From Planctomycetota bacterium (lineage in GTDB: Bacteria; Planctomycetota; Planctomycetia; Planctomycetales; Planctomycetaceae), in NCBI GenBank assembly GCA_027622115.1, contig JAQBZS010000001.1:1-38487 (forward strand): a stretch of 38,487 nucleotides of DNA, given 5' to 3'. The notes beneath the pieces were generated by a model, which was given only the letters and a program-made list of their open reading frames with translations, made no database searches and was not told the origin of the DNA. Shown one piece after another: positions 32,001 through 38,487 of this stretch; the stretch's first letter is position 1; every line of letters starts with the position of its first letter. A program made the position numbers and the translations under genes.

Positions 32001-33166
32001 TGAAAACCGTGCAACAGGAACTCGGCCCGAATGTCGTGCTGATCGAATACTTCATCGCGGAAGACGACCTCTTGGTGGCCGTCATTTCGATGGACACGCT
32101 CAAAGTGGTTTCCATCGCGGGCTGGGGCGGGCCACAACTCCACAGCGAAGTCGAAAAATTCCGCCGAAAGCTGGAAGACTTGGACGAGCTATACGCGGCC
32201 GATGCAAGCGCGTTATTCAGTCGCCTGCTGGAACCGTGCCTGTCAGGCCAGACTGGTGATTCAATCAAGCAGTTGTGCATCGTTCCCGCTGGTGCGCTGC
32301 ATTACGTCCCCTTTGATGCATTCCTGATGCCCGCGGGCGAATTCGTCACTGAACGATTTATTGTGTCATACGCTGCGAGTGCCAGCGCGTTGGTCTACGC
32401 CATGCACCGGCGCGGTCAAGCACCACCATCGCAACTCGAGTCCCAGGACCGAACGCTCGTCGTTGCCGAACCCATGCCACGGATCGACTATGGATCACTC
32501 CCGGGTGCCGTGCTTGAGGGCGAGCGAATTCGTGATGTCGCCAGTGAACCCAAAGACTTTCTTCAAGGCCGCGCGGCCACCGAACGCAATGTCGTCGCGT
32601 CCCTGACCCAGGCCAAATACTTTCACTTCGCGGGTCATACGGATTTGCCGCCGAGCGGCCCGATGCAAGCCGCGCTGTTGTGTACGGAAGACGTGGACTT
32701 CGATGGCCGGCTGGAAGTCCAGGAGATCTTCGAACTGGATTTGCGAGCCTGCGAATTGGCGGTCTTAAGCGCCTGCGAAACGCGGCTGGGGCGCTCAAGT
32801 CGCGGTGATGAAATCGTGGGGCTGGAACGAGCCTTTCTCCGAGCGGGAATCCCGACTGTCGTCGCCAGCTTGTGGAAGGTCGAGGACGCATCGACGTCAT
32901 TACTGATGGAGACGTTCTACGCCAACTTGTGGCAGAAAAAGCTGCCGCGAGCCGAAGCCCTTCGTCAGGCTCGTTTGTCGCTAATACGCGACCCCAAACA
33001 GATTGCGGACAGAGCGCGATCACTCACCGTCGAATTGGCCCGTCGTGGTCGCGGTCCCAAGTCCCCCACCCCACGTCCGTTTGTTGCCGGGATCACAACC
33101 AAGCCGAATGCCAAGGCGCACCCCGGACTTTGGGCCGGCTTCGTCATTTCTGGAGACTGGCGATAG
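29066..33166 (+). CDS. TPR-CHAT (caspase HetF-associated) protease, predicted lipoprotein
   Basis: AGGAG RBS; lipobox VLGC; TPR-like helices; ERSKARTLLD, IVPAGALHYVPF, HFAGH, LSACET, VASLWKV, WAGFVISGDWR; catalytic His and Cys present. Confidence 0.92.
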   Translation: MNTIRVRLCCAMVWLVLGCGDSTSEKSESIQAKNEHGKSEPTIPVASRNQSPSGPESSRPAEPAIQQHPARHGQSQPSPAVADNPPFAARSGSGSDETRRRGSRNDQDDVAGAVERVEDIGVERRAISDSWVLDHFSTFKRQDLPEFMLPVKVALAVVGELHQPGQIEVPVDTDRDGQTDVWVYYIGDQPALAETDRFDTGCRDFRYDIRTGQGTRSLYWFTESAIELPIDVPPVLIPDVYDLCWKSPAGKLARTRIAELANQVLTDLPSKLALLAKESRPEDIDARVTQSAEHATALIPKLMRFHQEQGFEKSLRHPWGFEVKYVGFDLDQDAAGKQEVLAGFSPLGVHEIQFYKTDWHVADDLLADVTLDRGEIQMVAIEDRHYFPIDEYWVRAAAGTRESLAKRFLAPAVEAWQSHDWYRAVALMRRATQCAALLGDLQLDSKSFPKEFTSPPRGGIKHQRAKQNWIFDVAGFPAEQVLDAATHLAWEPDKSATSSIREIAGYKATRREYSEALAWYRLCLKSAKKTSQAVIQVNVLESMSEIHRHLGSYDQALQCLLDAGDLEASLSYQRDLVKNLGVMGGDSGDPEAIERNMHMRTHSMTVNRSARLAMIASIRNSLGERNRAEALLADAERLAHSVKHGYLEADLLNLRAKWDIADRQWDIAEQRLNRAMRLVADQIDKQAAHDRGKQLLDSGRAMHHFQVVDHRIVLDVGMSSRTSPNSYRALSASLMAQLALARSQVTEIEPAEARQWLTTAVKWQRQSLDWSEAAHDQSGALAGRLHLANILARQGQLAAARALNVKVVLQAESERAFELVWQSHALSGQISAQENDVPAAIAAYERAAKVVEHVRAGIHSESVRRGIFGAKLQVYQQLALLYWRARETEPADARGALDLKIWQCMERSKARTLLDMVGGRPMRVKGDTVVAVANSDPRLLDPLIGRKRSLPQQTPVLDARAKLDRRELASLTSVEPVDLKTVQQELGPNVVLIEYFIAEDDLLVAVISMDTLKVVSIAGWGGPQLHSEVEKFRRKLEDLDELYAADASALFSRLLEPCLSGQTGDSIKQLCIVPAGALHYVPFDAFLMPAGEFVTERFIVSYAASASALVYAMHRRGQAPPSQLESQDRTLVVAEPMPRIDYGSLPGAVLEGERIRDVASEPKDFLQGRAATERNVVASLTQAKYFHFAGHTDLPPSGPMQAALLCTEDVDFDGRLEVQEIFELDLRACELAVLSACETRLGRSSRGDEIVGLERAFLRAGIPTVVASLWKVEDASTSLLMETFYANLWQKKLPRAEALRQARLSLIRDPKQIADRARSLTVELARRGRGPKSPTPRPFVAGITTKPNAKAHPGLWAGFVISGDWR

Positions 33167-33211
33167 TTGGAACGATCAGGGTCAGCCGTCATCAGTGGTG
33201 TGAGCCGAAGC

Positions 33212-33727
33212 TTATTCCGCATTCTGAAAGTGATGCCGCACGGCGCGACCGCTGATGGTCTCTTTGCGGAGAAGTTCCTGAGCGACGGCTTCGATCGCTT
33301 TGGCATGTTGCTCACCGCCCAGCACGTGTTCGGTCTTGTTCAACATGCGGCGCGCGAGTTTTTGAATGTGTCGTTCATTGGTCGCTCGCATGGACAACAA
33401 CTGTTCGACGCTGCGCAAATCGTGGGCGGCACCTTCCGTGCAATACCGACCGGTAAACCGACTCTCAGCGACCATGCCCGCCAGCAGGATCAGCACTTCG
33501 TCTTCGAGTTGATCCTGCGATGCCTTCGAGCGTCCCTTTTGAATCTTGCAGGCTCCCAGGCGGCTGTCCCCGGATTGCAGTTGCGAGGGTGAGATCGTGA
33601 CTTTCTCGATCGGCCGCCCCAACGACACGGCCATCCCCGCGTGCCCAGCCTCATGCCAAGCCGTTGCGGTCAGGTGGAACGTGGCAGCTGGCGACGGTTC
33701 TTTGGATGGCGGGGGGTCATGCTTCAT
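33212..33727 (-). CDS. Stand-alone FtsH/M41-like zinc metallopeptidase domain protein
   Basis: TAWHEAGH (HExxH), LLAGMVAE, GAAHDL; no AAA domain; ATG at 33727. Confidence 0.75.
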   Translation of the reverse strand: MKHDPPPSKEPSPAATFHLTATAWHEAGHAGMAVSLGRPIEKVTISPSQLQSGDSRLGACKIQKGRSKASQDQLEDEVLILLAGMVAESRFTGRYCTEGAAHDLRSVEQLLSMRATNERHIQKLARRMLNKTEHVLGGEQHAKAIEAVAQELLRKETISGRAVRHHFQNAE

Positions 33728-33892
33728 GGGGATTAGTCTAAATACTTTTCCGCGCGAATCTACGACATCGCAAATCAAACAGGCATTCACGCTATCCTCG
33801 ATTCGGCTGATCGGAATGTTGCTTCGCGAAGAAGTGATGCAGAAAGTTGGCCGGAACAAGCTCTGCGCAGTTCCGGCAGCCGTACGGCACAA

Positions 33893-33959
33893 AGCCGCAG
33901 AGCGGCGACAGCAAACGTCAACACACGATTCCGATCCTGCTGTCGCTGCTCCGCAGCTT
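33893..33959. repeat. REP-like inverted repeat pair; related half-copy at ~5229-5250
   Basis: AGCCGCAGAGCGGCGACAGCA ... TGCTGTCGCTGCTCCGCAGCT; compare TGCTGTCGCCGCTTCGCGGCT at ~5229. Confidence 0.65.
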
Positions 33960-34136
33960 TCCGAATGGTCCGACACCCCTTCAACGCAATCTTTCGGGTC
34001 TAAAAGAGAATGCGGTTTCTCACACATTGTGAATGATCCGCTTGTACGATTGATCGATGCTTGTCGATCGATGATTGTTGATGTTCGAAGTGCGTTCGCG
34101 CATTTCATCAAGCAGCAATTCTGTGAGGAGATCGCG

Positions 34137-35429
34137 ATGCAACATTCCTACGCGTGCGGAACTAACGATCACGACGTGTCGCGCAGGCGAATGTTGGGCG
34201 CGCTTGCCGGAACGGCGGCGAGCTCGATGGGGTTCGGCTCGTTGTTACAGCCCGCTGTCGCCGCACAAATCCAGCGAAAACAGAAACAGGTGATCGTGAT
34301 TTGGCTCGACGGCGGCATGAGCCAACTTGAGAGCTGGGATCCGAAGCCGGAAACGGAATTCGGCGGCCCATTCCGCGCGATTCCCACAGCGGTGCCCGGC
34401 GTGCATCTCAGCGAACTCATGAGTCATACCGCCAAGGTAATGGACAGGATTTGCGTGGTCCGCAACATGTCGACCGTCGATGAGAATCATTCCACGGGGG
34501 TGCCTCGGGTTCTGCGCGGCGATCCGAAGAATCGCGGTGTCACGTATCCGTATCTCGGAGCGGCGGTCGCCAAGTTGCTGGAATCGGAACGAAACGCATT
34601 GCCGCCCTACATCTGGGTCAAGCCGGGGCGAGGCGGCTACATCTGGCAGCATGCCGGATTCCTCGGGCCGAAGTATGGGGCACTGGCGCTCGGCGACGGC
34701 AAGCCGCCGATTCACATTCACCGCCCGGATTCCATTACGGACAAGATCGACGCCGATCGCAACGCCCTGCGGCTGAAAGCCAACGAGCGATTTCGCCAAC
34801 GCCGTTTGGAAACGGAAATCGGAGCCTACGAATATTCCTTCCAAACCGCGTTGCAATTGATGAAGCGGAAGGACTTGTTCGACGACACCAAGGTGCCGGC
34901 GAAAGACGTGGAACGCTACGGTCGACATCCCTTGGGACGGCACCTGTTGCAAACGCGACGGTTGATCGAGGCGGGAGTGCAGTTCGTGCAATGTCATTCG
35001 TACCACTGGGACACGCACGGCGACAATTTCAACATGCATCGCGAACTGGTCCCGCAAATCGACCAGCCTTACGCCGCGCTCATCGAGGATCTCAGCGAAC
35101 GCGGAATGCTCGACAACGTGCTGGTGGTCTTGATGTCGGAATTCGGTCGCACGCCGAAGATCAACCAGCGGTTGGGGCGAGACCATTGGCCGGAAGCCTG
35201 GTCACTGGCATTGGCGGGCAGCGGCATCAAGCGCGGTCATGTCGAAGGCAAGACGACGCCAAACGGTGCGTGGGTGGATTCGCCCGAGCAGTATGATGCC
35301 GGTCATTTGTTCCACACGATCTTTCGCTGCATCGGCGTTGATCCGAGCAGGACGGAATACCTCAACAACGGTCAGCCGCTGCCGATCGCGCATGACGACA
35401 TGTCGGTGATCAAGGCCGTGATGGCGTGA
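34137..35429 (+). CDS. DUF1501 domain protein
   Basis: GAGGAG RBS; SRRRMLG; WLDGGMSQLESWDPKP; WDTH; SEFGRTPKIN; GRDHW. Confidence 0.92.
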   Translation: MQHSYACGTNDHDVSRRRMLGALAGTAASSMGFGSLLQPAVAAQIQRKQKQVIVIWLDGGMSQLESWDPKPETEFGGPFRAIPTAVPGVHLSELMSHTAKVMDRICVVRNMSTVDENHSTGVPRVLRGDPKNRGVTYPYLGAAVAKLLESERNALPPYIWVKPGRGGYIWQHAGFLGPKYGALALGDGKPPIHIHRPDSITDKIDADRNALRLKANERFRQRRLETEIGAYEYSFQTALQLMKRKDLFDDTKVPAKDVERYGRHPLGRHLLQTRRLIEAGVQFVQCHSYHWDTHGDNFNMHRELVPQIDQPYAALIEDLSERGMLDNVLVVLMSEFGRTPKINQRLGRDHWPEAWSLALAGSGIKRGHVEGKTTPNGAWVDSPEQYDAGHLFHTIFRCIGVDPSRTEYLNNGQPLPIAHDDMSVIKAVMA

Positions 35430-35439
35430 TTTCACCGAG

Positions 35440-35468
35440 TTGACATTGTTTGTCAAAGACCTGACGAT
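35440..35468 (+). promoter_or_regulatory. Candidate sigma70 promoter for map with an overlapping palindrome TTGACA-N5-TGTCAA
   Basis: Perfect TTGACA at 35440, 17-bp spacer, GACGAT; the -35 box is one arm of an inverted repeat. Confidence 0.4.
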
Positions 35469-35520
35469 TCCAGGCTGAATATGAATCTTGAGCACCTTGA
35501 ATTGAACATATGAGGCCCAC

Positions 35521-36417
35521 GTGACACGTCGCCGGGGAAGGCTATTTAGCCCGATTGAATCGATCTTTCGACCAAGCAAGGCCCGCCAACAACGAGCGGG
35601 TGCTTCGAAGTCGAACCCCGTCAAGATCCCGATTTACGACGAAGAGGAACGCGACCTGTTGCGAACGGCGAGTCGGTTCAACTCGCAACTCATGGATTTC
35701 CTGAGGCCGCACATCCGTGCGGGCATCACGACGATTGCGATCGATCAGTTGGCCACGGATTACACACGCGATCATGGTCATACGCCGGCGTGTCTCGGGT
35801 ATCTCGGATATCCCAAAGCCATTTGCACCAGCATCAATGAAGTTGTCTGTCACGGCATTCCGGACGCCACGGTGCTCCGGCCGGGCGACATCGTCAACGT
35901 CGATTTGACCACCATCGTCAACGGCTGGCACGGGGATCAATCCGAGACGTTCATGATCGGAGAAGTGTCCGAGGATGCTCGCCAACTTGTGCAGGCGGCG
36001 TTCGAAGCGTTGTTCGTCGGCATTCGAGCCGCGAAGCCGCATGGTCCGGTTTCACTGATCGGCCAAGCGATCTACGACTTTGCCAAGGTCCGCGAGTTGG
36101 GCGTTGTGCGCGAATATCAGGGACATGGGATCGGCCGCGAGTTTCACCAAGATCCGGGCATCCCGCACTTCCCGGAAGCTCGTTCTCGAAAACACATTTT
36201 GCAGCCGGGCATGTGTTTCACGGTCGAACCGATGCTGAATCGAGGCTCCTGGCGGACGCAATTGAATAAGCAGGATGGCTGGACCGTTCGCACGCTCGAT
36301 CACAAGCTTTCCGCCCAATTCGAACACACGATCCTGATGACCGAATCCGGCCCGGAAATCATGACCTTGACCAAGACCGGCCCACAAGAAGGCGACGTGG
36401 TCAAGTCGTCATTTTGA
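35521..36417 (+). CDS. map: Type I methionine aminopeptidase (start uncertain)
   Basis: [50 protein letters not shown]. Confidence 0.95.
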   Translation: MTRRRGRLFSPIESIFRPSKARQQRAGASKSNPVKIPIYDEEERDLLRTASRFNSQLMDFLRPHIRAGITTIAIDQLATDYTRDHGHTPACLGYLGYPKAICTSINEVVCHGIPDATVLRPGDIVNVDLTTIVNGWHGDQSETFMIGEVSEDARQLVQAAFEALFVGIRAAKPHGPVSLIGQAIYDFAKVRELGVVREYQGHGIGREFHQDPGIPHFPEARSRKHILQPGMCFTVEPMLNRGSWRTQLNKQDGWTVRTLDHKLSAQFEHTILMTESGPEIMTLTKTGPQEGDVVKSSF

Positions 36418-36489
36418 TCCTGCGAGTTGGTAAAGTCTCTGCTGCCGAACGCTTGAACTCCGGTGATCGTCTTGAGTTCGGGTTTGTCA

Positions 36490-36590
36490 CGTTTGACCGC
36501 ACGCCGTAGACGCGCGTTTGCAGACAGGCTGAGTTGCCGGGTCGACCAACGTGTCCTCAAACGCGCGTGCCTACGGCGTGCGGTTAAACG
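36490..36590. repeat. Long REP-like inverted repeat (~31-33 bp arms)
   Basis: CGTTTGACCGCACGCCGTAGACGCGCGTTTG ... CAAACGCGCGTGCCTACGGCGTGCGGTTAAACG. Confidence 0.75.
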
Positions 36591-36665
36591 AGCCGCCGTC
36601 CCACTAGACACGACAACACTGCGTCGTGCAGCAATACAACGCCAAACAACCAACAACTTAAAGAA

Positions 36666-37961
36666 ATGCCGAACTACATAGCAAAATCACTGGCTAGTAT
36701 CGTCGCGTTGACGCACGTTTGCGTTGCCGACGAACCGGCGGTCCCGGATGCGAGGCTCCTCGATACATCCGGCTTCGTTCATGTTGGACGGCTGACGACG
36801 CTGTCGGGTCAGTCCGTCACGCTTCAGACGGCTGCCATGTCGCTGACCTTGCCCTTTGCAAAGATCCTCCGGATTGACCAATTCCCGGCGAGGCCCGTGC
36901 TGAATTCGCGATGGTTGGTTGTCTTGGCAAACGGCGACAATCTCTACATCGACGCTCGGCCGCAAGGAATTGCCATCGACGACACCGCGCTCTCCGGTCG
37001 GTTCCCAGTCGGCGAAGACTCGGCATCCGTCGCCGTTCCACTCGAAACCGTACGCGGCATTCTGATGCACGTTCCCGAGTCGGCGGCCCAGCGGTCTCAG
37101 TTCTTGAAGCAAATGGAATCCAGCCAAGAAGATGGCGATGTTTTCGTGTTGCGAGCCGGAGATCGAGTCATCGGCGAGGATCCGGAACTCGGGCCGGACG
37201 GATTCAAATTGAGCGTCGGTGCCGGCGTCACCAAGCTGAAACGGGAAGACGTGCAGTGGATTCGATTCAATCCGAAGCTCGTCAGCTTTCCGGACACCCA
37301 AGGTCCAATCACGCTCGTCGGACTCACCGACGGCTCGCGACTCACCGTGAGCGGGATCGAATGGCAACTGGCCGATGAAAACCAAGCCCCCGACGCCGGA
37401 TCGATCGCACGCGTCAAATTGAAGACGGCGTTCGGCCCGTCGATCACCGTGTCCGCAAAGCACATCGCCTCGATTCAGCCGCTCGGACACGGTCCCGTGT
37501 ATCTTTCGGACCTCAAACCCATCGAATACACATTCACGCCGTTCCTGTCTCGGAAGTGGACCTACCAACTCGACCGGTGCGTGACCGGCGGCCCGTTGCG
37601 AGTTCACGGGACCCGGTTCGACAAGGGCATCGGACTGCACAGCCAATGCCGGTTGACGTATGACCTGGGACAACGCTTCGCCGGATTCCGCAGCGTGGTG
37701 GATCTGGATGATTCGGCCAGCGAATTCGGCAGCGCGGTGTGTCGAGTCGAACTTGACGGTCGGTTGGCATGGAGCAGCGGCCCATTGACCGCTTTGGGTC
37801 CGTCCGTCACGGTGGGGCAGTCCGCGACGAGTGGACTACTGGATGTGTCCCACTGTCAGCGGCTCACAATCGTGGTGGAGTTTGGTGCTCGAGGCGACAT
37901 TCAAGATCACGTCGATTTGCTGGACGCGGTGTTGATCCCCAAGGCGACTGGTGGAAATTGA
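36666..37961 (+). CDS. Exported NPCBM/NEW2 domain protein
   Basis: Signal-like N-terminus; C-terminal YLSDL..GGPL..FDKGIGLHS..LTYDL..FRSVVDLDD pattern. Confidence 0.8.
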   Translation: MPNYIAKSLASIVALTHVCVADEPAVPDARLLDTSGFVHVGRLTTLSGQSVTLQTAAMSLTLPFAKILRIDQFPARPVLNSRWLVVLANGDNLYIDARPQGIAIDDTALSGRFPVGEDSASVAVPLETVRGILMHVPESAAQRSQFLKQMESSQEDGDVFVLRAGDRVIGEDPELGPDGFKLSVGAGVTKLKREDVQWIRFNPKLVSFPDTQGPITLVGLTDGSRLTVSGIEWQLADENQAPDAGSIARVKLKTAFGPSITVSAKHIASIQPLGHGPVYLSDLKPIEYTFTPFLSRKWTYQLDRCVTGGPLRVHGTRFDKGIGLHSQCRLTYDLGQRFAGFRSVVDLDDSASEFGSAVCRVELDGRLAWSSGPLTALGPSVTVGQSATSGLLDVSHCQRLTIVVEFGARGDIQDHVDLLDAVLIPKATGGN

Positions 37962-38487
37962 TGACGACGGCGGAACTCAAGAATGTCCTGGTCGGCACGG
38001 CGGGCCATATCGATCACGGCAAGACGCGGCTCGTCGGGCGATTGACGGGCACCGACACGGACCGGCTGCCCGAAGAGAAAGCCCGTGGAATTTCGATCGA
38101 CCTCGGCTTCGCACATTGGCAAGCCGACGGCTTCATCTTCGGCATGGTGGACGTACCCGGGCACGAACGCTTCGTCAAGAATATGGTGGCCGGAGCAACC
38201 GGTGTGAACATCGCGCTGCTGGTGATTGCCGCCGACGACAGTGTCATGCCGCAAACTCGCGAACACCTGGAGATCATGGATCTGCTGGGCGTGAAGTCCG
38301 GCGTGATCGCCATCACGAAGACGGACATCGTTGAACCTGATTTTGTTGAATTGGTCGAGGCGGAGATCGAGGAACTCGTGGAGGGAACGTTTCTTGAGGG
38401 CTGCCCGATCGTGCCAGTGTCATCGGAAACGGGGGAGGGGATCGATCAACTCAAAGCCGCGCTGACCGAACTCGCGAAGACCGGCCA
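37961..38487 (+). CDS. selB: Selenocysteine-specific translation elongation factor (partial, runs off the window; absent from the ORF track)
   Basis: MTTAELKNVLVGTAGHIDHGKT..LTGTDTDRLPEEKARGISIDLGFA..DVPGHERFVKNMVAGATG..MPQTREHL; the ATG overlaps the upstream TGA (TGATG). Confidence 0.93.
   Translation, partial: MTTAELKNVLVGTAGHIDHGKTRLVGRLTGTDTDRLPEEKARGISIDLGFAHWQADGFIFGMVDVPGHERFVKNMVAGATGVNIALLVIAADDSVMPQTREHLEIMDLLGVKSGVIAITKTDIVEPDFVELVEAEIEELVEGTFLEGCPIVPVSSETGEGIDQLKAALTELAKTG

Noticed and set aside
33546..34136. Long N-terminal extensions of the DUF1501 (627 aa) and peptidase (299 aa) ORFs
   Set aside because: The extensions overlap each other and a REP pair; the RBS at 34137 and the family motifs support starts at 34137 and 33727
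36300..36681. ORFs or a structured ncRNA between map and the NPCBM gene
   Set aside because: The Arg-rich translations arise from a long inverted repeat; no recognisable RNA family features
37959..37963. Sec readthrough fusing the NPCBM gene to selB
   Set aside because: selB starts in a different frame (TGATG overlap), which is ordinary translational coupling

Overview
This GC-rich window looks like Planctomycetota: it has DUF1501, DUF1552/DUF1588 and LESRxLL-motif proteins, planctomycete-type Ser/Thr kinases and an ECF sigma factor. From left to right it holds a LuxR-type regulator, a DUF1501 gene, an FHA-GAF adenylate cyclase, a His-rich heavy-metal RND efflux cluster, and a DUF1552 + DUF1588/cytochrome c pair. 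A decaying accessory stretch (~15.8-27 kb) follows, with a DUF1501 pseudogene, a HINT-domain remnant, a frameshifted kinase-WD40 gene, an ECF sigma, a frameshifted and IS-truncated FG-GAP/RTX/cadherin adhesin, and an IS with 23-31 bp inverted repeats. Next come an apparently intact operon of a membrane non-RD kinase with a DUF4384-like domain and a TPR-CHAT (caspase-like) lipoprotein, then an M41-like peptidase, DUF1501, map, an NPCBM protein and the 5' part of selB. The best candidate for a new system is the kinase/CHAT pair: both proteins carry a near-identical R-G-P-[RK]-[NS]-P-x(1-2)-P-R-P motif, suggesting CRISPR-independent, protease-triggered transmembrane kinase signalling (hypothesis). 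Several REP-like palindromes are present; no CRISPR array, rRNA or tRNA was seen. All family calls come from recognising motifs by eye, not from database searches.
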